A stretch of DNA of 64,000 nucleotides from Balanoglossus misakiensis (taxonomy: Eukaryota; Animalia; Hemichordata): positions 1,178,001-1,242,000 of the forward strand of contig CM082592.2 in NCBI GenBank assembly GCA_040954595.2, written 5' to 3'. Positions 1 to 13,222 of the stretch are shown here, piece by piece. Made by a program: the position numbers and the translations under genes. How positions within the stretch are numbered: position 1 is the first letter of the stretch; each line of letters opens with the position of its first letter. Below the pieces are notes generated by a model. The model saw only the letters and a program-made list of their open reading frames with translations, made no database searches and was not told the DNA's origin.

Positions 1-3000
1 TTGAAATTTTACTAAGGTTTTACGAAAATCCAATATGGCCGCCATAATCTTCGACCAATCACAAAGATCTTCGCAAACTTGATAGACATCAGATAGGTGA
101 CTACATACCCTAAACCCCGTGTCTCGGTTATCACCAGTTCTAGAGAAGAAGATTTTTGAAATTTAAGCCGGATTTCAGAAAAAAAATTGTAGCAAAAAAA
201 CTGCAACATTGACAGCAAAATATCCAATTACAAAAATGATGGGTAGAAGGTAGACTACCTGCACACCAAATTTGAAGTCGATCTGACTTGTAGTTTCTGA
301 GATCTAAGATTTGCATTTTTTCAGAAAATCCAATATGGCCGCCAGGTCACGTGACCAATTAAAAATTCAAGGGTTCAATGCACATCTACTCATTGACCTT
401 GACCACTGTAGCAAGTTTCAGAAGTGTACCTGCAGCGGTGTCTGAGATCTAGAGCGACAAAGAATTGACACAAGAAAAAAGAAAGAAAGAAAGAAAGAAA
501 GACAGAAAAACCCCAACGAAACCAATAGGGCCCAAGCGCTGGCTTGCGCTTGGGCCTTAATTAAAGCTGCAAGCAGCATTGTCCGGGCCCAAGCTCTATT
601 ATCTGATCAGATTATTAGATATGCACATAATTAATGAGTAGAAACATAATGCTGTGTTTTATCCCATGAAATATCAAGGTTATATCTATGTTTGGTGCTG
701 ATATAGTGTTAAGTAGGTCAAAGGTCATCTGAGGTCACCCAAAATTTGTGCAGAAAATTTTGACCCATAGTGGTCCATGTCCAACAAAAACCAGACCTCT
801 AGCCCTTTTGGTTAGCCCGGAATTAGGTATGCACATAAATAGTGAGTAAAGCAGGCGTCACAGGTGACCCAAAACTTTGGCTTTTCATTATGGCCCCATA
901 CCTCCAAATGCCAAGGCTGTGCCTGCTTTGGATGCTGAGATATGCAAAAGTAGGTCAAAGGTCATCTGAGGTCATCCAAAATTTGGGCAAAAAATTTTGA
1001 CCCCATACTGGTCCATGTCCAACAAAAACCAAACCTCTAGCTCAATTGGTTCGCCTGTAATTAGCTATGCACATAATTAATGAGGTCAGCAGAGGTCAAA
1101 GGGGTCATGAAAAGTAGCAAAATATTTTGATCACACACTAATCCACATGCATCAAAAACAAAACGTCTAGCCCTATAGGTTAGCCTGGAAATAGATATGC
1201 AGAAATAATAATGTGTGAAAAGTAGGTCAAAGGTCATGTGAAAAATCGCCAAAAATTTGTAACATATTGTAGTCATATGACGATTGATATCCATAAAAAG
1301 AATTTGTATGCTATTAATTTTTATACTAGAAAAAGGAATTTTAATTTTTCACTGCTTTTTACAAAATCCAATATGGCCGCCATAATCTTCGACCAATCAC
1401 ATTCCTCTTCCCAAACTTGATAGACATCTGTTTAATGAACACACACACCAAATCTTGCGACTCGGTTATCGCCGGTTCTTGAGAAGAAGATTTTTGAAAT
1501 TTTACTAGGGTTTTTCGAAAATCCAATATGGCCGCCATAATCTTCGACCAATCACAATGATCTTCGCAAACTTGATAGACATCAGTTAGGTGACCACATA
1601 CCCCAAACCCCGTGTCTCGGTTATCACCGGTTCTGGAGAAGAAGATTTTTGAAATTTAAGCCAGATTTCAGAAAAAAAATTGTAGCAAAAAAACTGCAAC
1701 TTTGTCAGCATAATTTCCAATTACAAAAATGATTGACAGAAGGTAGTCTACCTGCACGCCAAATTTGAAGTTGATCTGACTTGTAGTTTCTGAGATCTGA
1801 GATTTGCATTTTTTCAGAAAATCCAAGATGGCCGCCAGGTCATGTGACTAATTAAAAATTCATGGGTTCAATGCACGACTACTCATTGACCTTGACCACT
1901 GTAGCAAGTTTGAGAACTGTACCTGCAGTGGTGTCTGAGATCTAGAGCGACAAAGAATTGACAGAAGAATAAAGAAAGAAGAAAGAAAGAAAGAATTAAA
2001 GCTGCAAGCAGCATTGTCCGGGCCCAAGCTCTATTATCTGATCTGATTATTAGATATGCACATAATTAATGAGTAGAAACATAATGCAGTGTTTTATCCC
2101 ATGAAATATCAAGGTTATATCTATGTTTGGTGCTGATATAGTGTTAAGTAGGTCAAAGGTCACCCAGGGGTCACCCACAATTTGGGCAGAATATTTTGAC
2201 CCATAGTGGTCAATGTCCAACAAAAACCAGACCTCTAGCCCTTTTGGTTAACCCGGAATTAGGTATGCACATAAATAATGCGTAAAGCAGGTGTCACAGG
2301 TGACCCCACAACTTTGGCTTTTCATTATGGCCCCATACCTCCAAACGCCAAGGTTGTACCTGCTTTGGATGCTGAGATATGCAAAAGTAGGTCAAAGGTC
2401 ATCTGAGGTCACCCAAAATTTGGGTAGAAAATTTTGACCCGTAGTGGTCCATGTATAACAAAAACAAAACCTCTAGGTCTATTGGTTCATCTGTAATTAG
2501 GTATGTGCATATTTAATGAGTAAAGCAGGTGTCACAGGTGACCCAAAACTTTGGCTTTTCATTATGGCCCCATACCTCCAAACGCCAAGGCTGTATCTGG
2601 TGTGGATGTCGAGATATGCAAAAGTAGGTCAAAGGTCACCCGAGGTCACCCAACATTTGGGCAAAATATTTTGACCCCATACTGGTCCATGTATAACAAA
2701 AACAAAACCTCTAGGTCTATTGGTTCATCTGTAATTAGGTATATGCATATTTAATGAGGTCAGCAGAGGTCAAAGGGGTCATGAAAAGTAGCAAAATTTT
2801 TTGATCACATACAAATCCACATACATCTAAAACCAAACTTATAGCCCTATTGGTTAGCCAGGAATTAGATATGCAGAAAAATGATGCGTCAAAAGTAGGT
2901 CAAAGGTCATTGCCAAAATTACCAAAATATTTATAGCTTATTCTTGTCATATGATGATTCATATCCATAAAAAGAATTTCTGTGCTATCAATTTTTAGGC

Positions 3001-6000
3001 TAGAAACAGAATTTTTACTTTTTAATCGTTGTTCACAAAATCTAATATGGCCGCCAAAATCTTCGACCAATCACAATGATCTTCGCAAACTTGATAGACA
3101 TCTGTTTAATGACCACACACACCAAATCTTGTGACTCGGTTATCGCCGGTTCTTGAGAAGAAGATTTTTGAAATTTTACTAGGGTTTTTCGAAAATCCAA
3201 TATGGCCGCCATAATCTTCCACCAATCACAATGATCTTCGCAAACTTGATAGACCTCAGTTTGGTGACCACATACCCCAAACCGCGTGACTCGGTTATCG
3301 CCGGTTCTGGAGAAGAAGATTTTTGAAATTTTGACCAGATTTCAGAAAAACAACTGTAGCAAAAAAACTGCAACATTGACAGCAAAATATCCAATTACAA
3401 AAATGATGGGTAGAAGGTAGACTACCTGCACACCAAGTTTGAAGTCGATCTGACTTGTAGTTTCTGAGATCTGAGATTTGCATTTTTTCAGAAAATCTAA
3501 TATGGCCGCCAGGTCACGTGACTAATTAAAAATTCAAGGGTTCAATGCACATCTACTCATTGACCTTGACCACTGTAGCAAGTTTGAGAAGTGTACCTGC
3601 AGTGGTGTCTGAGATCTAGAGCGACAAAGAATTGACACAAGAATAAAGAAAGAAGAAAGAAGAATTAAAGCTGCGAGCAGCATTGTCGGGCCCAAGCGCT
3701 GATCTTGAATTATATATGCACAGTATGAATGAGAAGAAACAGAATTTTCTATCGGATGTATTATCTCATGACATAACAAGGATGTGTGTATTTTTGCTGC
3801 TGAAATAGGGTGAAGTAGGTCAAAGGTCACCTGAGGTCACCCACAATTTGGGCAATTTTTTTTACCCATACTGGTCCATGTCCAACAAAAACCAAAAGTC
3901 TAGCTCTATTGGTTCGCCTGTAATTAGGTATGTGCATATTTAATGAGATCAGCAGGTGTTACAGGTGACTCAAAAATGTGGCTTTACATTTTGGTCCCAT
4001 TCTGCCAAATGCCAAGGCTGTATCTGCGCTGGATGCTGAGATATGCGAAAGTAGGTCAAAGGTCACCAGAGGTCACCCAATATTTGGGCAACAAATTTTG
4101 ACCCCATATTGGTCCATGTCCAACAAAAACCAAACCTCTAGCTCTATTGGTTCACCTGTAATTAGCTATGCACATAATTAATGAGGTCAGCAGAGGTCAA
4201 AGGGGTCATGAAAAGTAGCAAAATATTTTGATCACACACAAATCCACATGCATCAAAAACCAAATGTCTAGCCCTATAGGTTAGCCTGGAAATAGATATG
4301 CAGAAATAATAATGTGTGAAAAGTAGGTCAAAGGTAATGTGAAAAATCGACAAAAATTTGTAACATATTTTAGTCACATGATGATTGATATCCATAAAAA
4401 GAATTTCTATGCTATCAATTTTTAGACTAGAAAAAGAAATTTCAATTTTTCACTGCTTTTTACAAAATCCAATATGGCCGCCATATTTTTCGACCAATCA
4501 CAATGCTCTTTGCAAACTTGATAGACATCAGTGTAGTGACCTCACTCACCGAATCTTGCGACTCAGTTATCGACCGTTCTGGAGAATAAGATTTTTGGAG
4601 TTTAACTATGGTTTTTCGAAAATCCAATATGGCCGCCATAATCTTCGACCAATCACAATGATCTTCGCAAACTTGATAGACATCAGTTAGGTGACCACAT
4701 ACCCCAAACCGCGTGTCTCGGTTATCACCGGTTCTGGAGAAGAAGATTTTTGAAATTTAAGCCAGATTTCAGGAAAAAAATTGTAGCAAAAAAACTGCAA
4801 CTTTTACAGCATAATTTCCGATTACAAAAATGATGGGCAGAAGGTAGTCTACCTGCATGCCAAATTTGAAGTCGATCTGACTTGTAGTTTCTGAGATCTG
4901 AGATTTGCATTTTTTCAGAAAATCCAATATGGCCGCCAGGTCACGTGACTAATTAAGTATTCACAAGTCACTGCACATCTACTCATTGACCTTGACCACT
5001 GTAGCAAGTTTGAGAAGTGTACCTGCAGTAGTTTCAGAGATCTCGTTGGCCGAAGAATTGACACAAGAATAAAGAAAGAAAGAAAGAAAGAAAGAATTAA
5101 AGCTGCGAGCAGCATTGTCGGGCCCAAGCGCTGATCTCGAATTATATATGCACAGTATGAATGAGAAGAAACAGAATTTTCTATCGGATGTATTATCTCA
5201 TGACATATCAAGGACGTGTGTATTTTTGCTGCTGAAATAGGGTGAAGTAGGTCAAAGGTCACCTGAGGTCACCTAACATTTGGGAAAGAATTTTTGACCC
5301 ATACTCGTCCATGTCCAACAAAACTCAAAACTCTAGCTCTATTGGTTCGCCTGTAATTAGGTATGTGCATATTAAATGAGGTCAGCAGGTGTCACAGGTG
5401 ACCCAAAAATTTGGCTTTACATTAAGCTCCCATCCTGCCAAATGCCAAGGCTGTATCTGCTCTGGATGCTGAGATATGCGAAAGTAGGTCAAAGGTCACA
5501 TACGGTCACCCTATTTTTGGCCCAAATTGTTTGACCCCATACTAGTCATGGTAAGTGTCCAACAAAAAACAAACGTCTAGCCCTATTGGTTCACCGGGCA
5601 TTGATGTCAATAATTAATGAGGTCACTTGTGAGAAACCCATTAGGCGTTCCATCCCTACAAATGACAAGTCTGTATCTGCTCTGGATACCGATATATGAA
5701 AAAGTAGGTCAAAGGTCACCTAAAATTTGGGCAAAATTTTTTGACCCCATACTAGTCAATGTCCAACAAAAACCAAAACTCTAGCTCTATTGGTTTGCCT
5801 GTAATTAGGTATGTGCATATTTAATGAGGTCAGCAAGTGTCACAGGTGACCCAAAAATGTGGCTTTACATTTTGGTCCCATCCTGCCAAATGTCATGGCT
5901 GTATCTGCTCTGGATGCTGAGATATGCGAAAGTAGGTCAAAGGTCACCAGAGGTCACCCAAAATTTGGGCAAACAATTTTGATCCCATACTGGTCCATGT

Positions 6001-6965
6001 CCAACAAAAACCAAACCTCTAGCTCTATTGGTTCGCCCGTAATTAGCTATGTACATAATTAATGAGGTCAGCAGAGGTCATGAAAAGTAGCAAAATATTT
6101 TGATCACACACTAATCCACATGCATCAAAAACCAAACGTCTAGCCCTATAGGTTAGCCTGGAATTAGATATGCTAAAATAATAATGCGTGATAAGTAGGT
6201 CAAAGGTCATGTGAAAAATCTCCAAAAAATTGTAACATATTTTACTCACATGACGATTGATATCCATTAAAAGAATTTGTATGCTATCAATTTTTAGACT
6301 AGAAAAAGGAATTTCAATTTTTCACTGCTTTTTACAAAATCCAATATGGCCGCCATAATCTTCGACCAATCACAATGCTCTTTGCAAATTTGATAGACAA
6401 CAGTGTAGTGACCATACTCCCCGAATCTTGCGACTCAGTCATCGACCGTTCTGGAGAATAAGATTTTTGGAGTTTAACTATGGTTTTTCGAAAATCCAAT
6501 ATGGCCGCCATAATCTTCGACCAATCACAATGATCTTCGCAAACTTGATAGACATCAGTTAGGTGACCACATACCCCAAACCGCGTGTCTCGGTTATCAC
6601 CGGTTCTGGAGAAGAAGATTTTTGAAATTTAAGCCAGATTTCAGGAAAAAAATTGTAGCAAAAAAACTGCAACTTTTACAGCATAATTTCCGATTACAAA
6701 AATGATGGGCAGAAGGTAGTCTACCTGCATGCCAAATTTGAAGTCGATCTGACTTGTAGTTTCTGAGATCTGAGATTTGCATTTTTTCAGGAAATCCAAT
6801 ATGGCCGCCAGGTCACGTGACTAATTAAGTATTCACAAGTCACTGCACATCTACTCATTGACCTTGACCACTGTAGCAAGTTTGAGAAGTGTACCTGCAG
6901 TAGTTTCAGAGATCTCGTTGGCCGAAGAATTGACACAAGAATAAAGAAAGAAAGAAAGAAAGAAA

Positions 6966-7277
6966 GAAAAATTCCAACGAAACCAATAGGGCCCAAGCGC
7001 TTGCTTGCGCTTGGGCCCTAAAAATTCCAACGAAACCAATAGGGCCCAAGCGCTTGCTTGCGCTTGGGCCCTAAAGAAGGAAAGACAGAAAAACCCCAAC
7101 GAAACCAATAGGGCCCAAGCGCTGGTATGCGCTTGGGCCCTAAAGAAAGAAGAAAGAAGGAAAGACAGAAAAACCCCAACGAAACCAATAGGGCCCAAGC
7201 GCTGGTATGCGCTTGGGCCCTAAAAAACCCAGACGAAACCAATAGGGCCCAAGCGCTGGTATGCGCTTGGGCCCTAA
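6966..7277. repeat. Stack of 5 hairpin caps (2 TTGCTT, 3 TGGTAT)
   Basis: ~53 bp units AACGAAACCAATAGGGCCCAAGCGC-6nt-GCGCTTGGGCCCTAA, some separated by GAAA remnants. Confidence 0.95.
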
Positions 7278-8691
7278 TTAAAGCTGCAAGCAGCATTGTC
7301 CGGGCCCAAGCTCTATTATCTGATCTGATTATTAGATATGCACATAATTAATGAGTAGAAACATCAAAGGTCACCCAGGGGTCATCCACAATTTGGGCAG
7401 AACATTTTGACCCATAGTGGTCCATGTCCAACAAAAACCAGACCTCTAGCCATTTTGGTTAGCCCGGAATTAGGTATGCACATAAATAATGAGTAAAGCA
7501 GGTGTCACAGGTGACCCAAAACTTTGGCTTTTCATTATGGCCCCATACCTCCAAATGCCAAGGCTGTATCTGCTGTGGATGTCGAGATATGCAAAAGTAG
7601 GTCAAAGGTCACCCGAGGTCTTCCAACATTTGGGCAAAATATTTTGACCCCATACTGGTCCATGTATAACAAAAACAAAATCTCTAGGTCTATCGGTTCA
7701 TCTGTAATTAGGTATGTGCATATTTAATGAGGTCAGCAGAGGTCAAAGGGGTCATGAAAAGTAGCAAAATTTTTTGATCACATACAAATCCACATACATC
7801 AAAAACCAAACTTATAGCCCTATTGGTTAGCCTGGAATTAGATATGCAGAAAAATGATGCGTCAAAAGTAGGTCAAAGGTCATTGCCAAAATTACCAAAA
7901 TATTTATAGCTTATTCTTGTCATATGATGATTCATATCCATAAAAAGAATTTCTGTGCTATCAATTTTTAGGCTAGAAAGGGAATTTTTACTTTTTAGTC
8001 GTTTTTCACAAAATCCAATATGGCCGCCATAATCTTCGACCAATCACATTCCCCTTCGCAAACTTGATAGACATCTGTTTAATGACCACACACACCAAAT
8101 CTTGTGACTCGGTTATCGCCCGTTCTGGAGAAGAAGATTTTTGAAGTTTTACTATGGTTTTTCGAAAATCCAATATGGCCGCCATAATCTTCGACCAATC
8201 ACAATGATCTTCGCAAACTTGATAGACATCAGTTAGGTGACCACATACCTCAAATGGCGTGACTCGGTTATCGCCGGTTCTGGAGAAGAAGATTTTTGAA
8301 AATTTGACCAGATTTCAGAAAAACAACTGTAGCAAAAAAACTGCAACATTGACAGCATAATATCCAATTACAAAAATGATGGGCATAAGGTATACTAGCT
8401 GCACACCAAATTTGAAGTCAATCTGACTTGTAGTTTCTGAGATCTGAGATTTGCACTTTTTCAGAAAATCCAATATGGCCGCCAGGTCACGTGACTAATT
8501 AAATATTCACGAGCCACTGCACATCTACTCATTGGCCCCTATCTGCCTACCAAGTTTCAGCCTGGTTGGTGCTGCAGTTTTTGAGATTTAGGTGGCCGAA
8601 AAATGGAACCAAGAATAAAGAAGGAAAGAAAGACTGAAAAACCCCAACGAAACCAATAGGGCCCAAGCGCTGGTATGCGCTTGGGCCCTAA
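7276..8691 (-). mobile_element. Uninterrupted single copy, subfamily A head (reference for element structure)
   Basis: Head at 7276 (..GGGCCCAAGCTCTATTATC), body, GAAA tract at ~8612-8636, one cap at 8637-8690 with loop TGGTAT, AA on both sides. Confidence 0.85.
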
Positions 8692-11547
8692 TTAAAGCTG
8701 CAAGCAGCATTGTCGGGCCCAAGCGCTGATCTTGAATTATATATGCACAGTATGAATGAGAAGAAACAGAATTTTCTATCGTATGTATTATCTTATGACA
8801 TTACAAGGATGTGTGTATTTTTGCTGCTGAAATAGGGTGAAGTAGGTCAAAGGTCACCTGAGGTCACCCAACATTTGGGCAATTTTTTTTTTACCCATAC
8901 TGGTCCATGTCCAACAAAAAACAAAACTGTAGCTCTATTGGTTCGCCTGTAATTAGGTATGTGCATATTTAATGAGGTCAGCAGGTGTCACAGGTACCCA
9001 AAAATGTGGCTTTACATTTTGGTCCCATCCTACCAAATGCCATGGCTGTATCTGCTCTGGATGCTGAGATATGCGAAAGTAGGTCAAAGGTCACCAGAGG
9101 TCACGCAACATTTGGGCAAAGAATTTTGATCCCATACTGGTCCATGTCCAACAAAAACCAAACCTCTAGCTCTATTGGTTCGCCTGTAATTAGCTATGCA
9201 CATAATTAATGAGGTCAGCAGAGGTCAAAGGGGTCATGAAAAGTAGCAAAATATTTTGATCACACACTAATCCACATTCATCAAAAACCAAACGTCTAGC
9301 CCTATAGGTTAGCCTGGAATTAGATATGCAGAAATAATAACGCGTGATAAGTAGGTCAAAGGTCATGTGAAAAATCGCCAAAAAATTGTAACATATTTTA
9401 GTCACATGACGATTGATATCCATAAAAAGAATTTGTATGCTATCAATTTTTAGACTAGAAAAAGGAATTTCAATTTTTCACTGCTTTTTACAAAATCCAA
9501 TATGGCCGCCATAATCTTCGACCAATCACAATGCTCTTTGCAAACTTGATAGACATCAGTGTAGTGACCATACTCCCCGAATCTTGCGACTCAGTCATCA
9601 CCCGTTCTGGAGAAGAAGATTTTTGCAGTTTTACTATGGTTTTTCGAAAATCCAATATGGCCGCCATAATCTTCGACCAATCACAATGATCTTCGCAAAC
9701 TTGATAGATATCAGTTAGGTGACCACATACCCCAAACCCCGTGACTCGGTTATCACTGGTTCTGAAGAAGAAGATTTTTGAAATTTAAGCCAGATTTCAG
9801 AAAAAAATTTGTAGCAAAAAAACTGCAACTTTTACAGCATAATTTCCGATTACAAAAATGATGGGCAGAAGGTAGTCTACCGGCATGCCAAATTTGAAGT
9901 CGATCTGACTTGTAGTTTCTGAGATCTGAGATTTGCATTTTTTCAGAAAATCCAATATGGCCGCCAGGTCACGTGACTAATTAAGTATTCACAAGTCACT
10001 GCACATCTACTCATTGACCTTGACCACTGTAGCAAGTTTGAGCAGTGTACCTGCAGTAGTTTCAGAGATCTCGTTGGCCGAAGAATTGACAGGAGAATAA
10101 AGAAAGAAAGAAAGAAAGAAAGAATTAAAGCTGCGAGCAGCATTGTCGGGCCCAAGCGCTGATCTTGAATTATATATGCACAGTATGAATGAGAAGAAAC
10201 AGAATTTTCTATCGGATGTATTATCTCATGACATAACAAGGACGTGTGTATTTTTGCTGCTTAAATAGGGTGAAGTAGGTCAAAGGTCACCTGGGGTCAC
10301 CCAACATTTGGGCAATTTTTTTTTACCCATACTGGTCCATGTCCTACAAAAACCAAAACTCTAGCTCTATTGGTTCGCCTGTAATTAGGTATGTGCATAT
10401 TTAATGAGGTCAGCAGGTGTCACAGGTGACCCAAAAATGTGGCTTTACATTTTGGTCCCATCCTACCAAATGCCAAGGCTGTATCTGCTCTGGATGCTGA
10501 GATATGCGAAAGTAGGTCAAAGGTCACCAGAGGTCATGCAACATTTGGGCAAAAAATTTTGATCCCATACTGGTCTGTGTCCAACAAAAACCAAACCTCT
10601 ACCTCTATTGGTTCGCCTGTAATTAGCTATGCACATAATTAATGAGGTCAGCAGAGGTCAAAGGGGTCATGAAAAGTAGCAAAATATTTTGATCACACAC
10701 TAATCCACATGCATCAAAAACCAAAAGTCTAGCCCTATAGGTTAGCCTGGAATTAGATATGCTGAAATAATAACGTGTGATATGTAGGTCAAAGGTCATG
10801 TGAAAAATCGCCAAAAAATTTTAACATATTTTAGTCACATGACGATTGATATCCATCAAAAGAATTTGCATGCTATCAATTTTTAGACTAGAAAAAGGAA
10901 TTTCAATTTTTCACTGCTTTTTACAAAATCCAATATGGCCGCCATAATCTTCGACCAATCACAATGCTCTTTGCAAACTTGATAGACATCATTGTAGTGA
11001 CCATACTCCCCGAATCTTGCGACTCAGTCATCGCCCGTTCTGGAGAAGAAGATTTTTGGAGTTTAACTATGGTTTTTCGAAAATCCAATATGGCCGCCAT
11101 AATCTTCGACCAATCACAATGATCTTCGCAAACTTGATAGACATCAGTTAGGTGACCACATACCCCAAACCCCGTGTCTCGGTTATCACCGGTTCTGGAG
11201 AAGAAGATTTTTGAAATTTAAGCCAGATTTCAGAAAAAAAATTGTAGCAAAAAAACTGCAACATTTACAGCAAAATATCCAATTACAAAAATGATGGGTA
11301 GAGGGTATACTACCAGCACGCCAAATTTGAAGTCGATCTGACTTGTAGTTTCTGAGATCTGAGATTTGCATTTTTTCAGAAAATCCAATATGGCCGCCAG
11401 GTCACGTGACTAATTAAGTATTCACAAGTCACTGCACATCTACTCATAGACCTTGACCACTGTAGCAAGTTTGAGCAGTGTACCTGCAGTAGTTTCAGAG
11501 ATTTAGTTGGCCGAAGAATTGACACAAGAATAAAGAAAGAAAGAAAG

Positions 11548-13038
11548 AATTAAAGCTGCGAGCAGCATTGTCGGGCCCAAGCGCTGATCTTGAATTATAT
11601 ATGCAAAGTATGAATGAGAAGAAACAGAATTTTCTATCGGATGTATTATCTCATGACATAACAAGGATGTGTGTATTTTTGCTGCTGAAATAGGGTGAAG
11701 TAGGTCAAAGGTCACCTAAGGTCACCCAACATTTGGGCAATTTTTTTTGACCCATACTGGTCTATGTCCAACAAAAACCAAAACTCTAGCTCTTTTGGTT
11801 CAGATGTAATTAGGTATGTGCATATTTAATGAGGTCAACAGGTGTCACAGGTGACCCAAAAATGTGGCTTTACATTTTGGTCCCATCCTACCAAATGCCA
11901 TGGCTGTATCTGCTCTGGATGCTGAGATATGCGAAAGTAGGTCAAAGGTCACCAGAGGTCACCCAACATTTGGGCAAAAAATTTTGATCCCATACTGGTC
12001 CATGTCCAACAAAAACCAAACCTCTAGCTCTATTGGTTCGCCTGTAATTAGCTATGCACATAATTAATGAGGTCAGCTGAGGTCAAAGGGGTCATGAAAA
12101 GTAGCAAAATATTTTGATCACACACTAATCCACATTCATCAAAAACCAAACGTCTAGCCCTATAGGTTAGCCTGGAATTAGATATGCAGAAATAATAATG
12201 CGTGATAAGTAGGTCAAAGGTCATGTGAAAAATCGCCAAAAAATTGTATAATATTTTAGTCACATGACGATTGATATCCATAAAAAGAATTTGTATGCTA
12301 TCAATTTTTAGACTAGAAAAAGGAATTTCAATTTTTCACTGCTTTTTACAAAATCCAATATGGCCGCCATAATCTTCGACCAATCACAATGCTCTTTGCA
12401 AACTTGATAGACATCAGTGTAGTGACCATACTCCCCGAATCTTGCAACTCAGTCATCTCCCGTTCTGGAGAAGAAGATTTTTGGAGTTTAACTATGGTTT
12501 TTCGAAAATCCAATATGGCCACCATAATCTTCGACCAATCACAATGATCTTCGCAAACTTGATAGACATCAGTTAGGTGACCACATACCCCAAACCCCGT
12601 GTCTCGGTTATCACCGGTTCTGGAGAAGAAGATTTTTGAAATTTAAGCCAGATTTCAGAAAAAAAATTGTAGCAAAAAAACTGCAACATTGACAGCAAAA
12701 TTTCCAATTACAAAAATGATGGGTAGAAGGTAGTCTACCTGCATGCCAAATTTGAAGTCGATCTGACTTGTAGTTTCTGAGATCTGAGATTTGCATTTTT
12801 TCAGAAAATCCAATATGGCCGCCAGGTCACGTGACTAATTAAGTATTCACAAGTCACTGCACATCTACTCATTGACCTTGACCATTGTAGCAAGTTTGAG
12901 AAGTGTACCTGCAGTAGTTTCAGAGATCTCGTTGGCCGAAGAATTGACACAAGAATAAAGAAAGAAAGAAAGAAAGAAAGAAAGAAAAATTCCAACGAAA
13001 CCAATAGGGCCCAAGCGCTTGCTTGCGCTTGGGCCCTA
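11548..13038 (-). mobile_element. Uninterrupted single copy, subfamily B
   Basis: Head ..GGGCCCAAGCGCTGATCTTG, tail CTCGTTGGCCGAAGAATTGACAC, (GAAA)n, cap AAAAATTCCAACG.. with loop TTGCTT. Confidence 0.8.
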
Positions 13039-13222
13039 AAGAAAGAAAGCAAGCAAGAAAGAAAAATTCCAACGAAACCAATAGGGCCCAAGCGCTTGCG
13101 TGCGCTTGGGCCCTAAAAATTCCAACGAAACCAATAGGGCCCAAGCGCTTGCTTGCGCTTGGGCCCTAAAAATTCCAACGAAACCAATACGGGCCCAAGC
13201 CTGGCTTGGCTTGGGCCCGTAA
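12985..13222. repeat. Stack of 4 hairpin caps (3 B-type, 1 D-type)
   Basis: Loops TTGCTT, TTGCGT, TTGCTT, then TACGGGCCCAAGCC-TGGCTT-GGCTTGGGCCCGTA. Confidence 0.95.
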
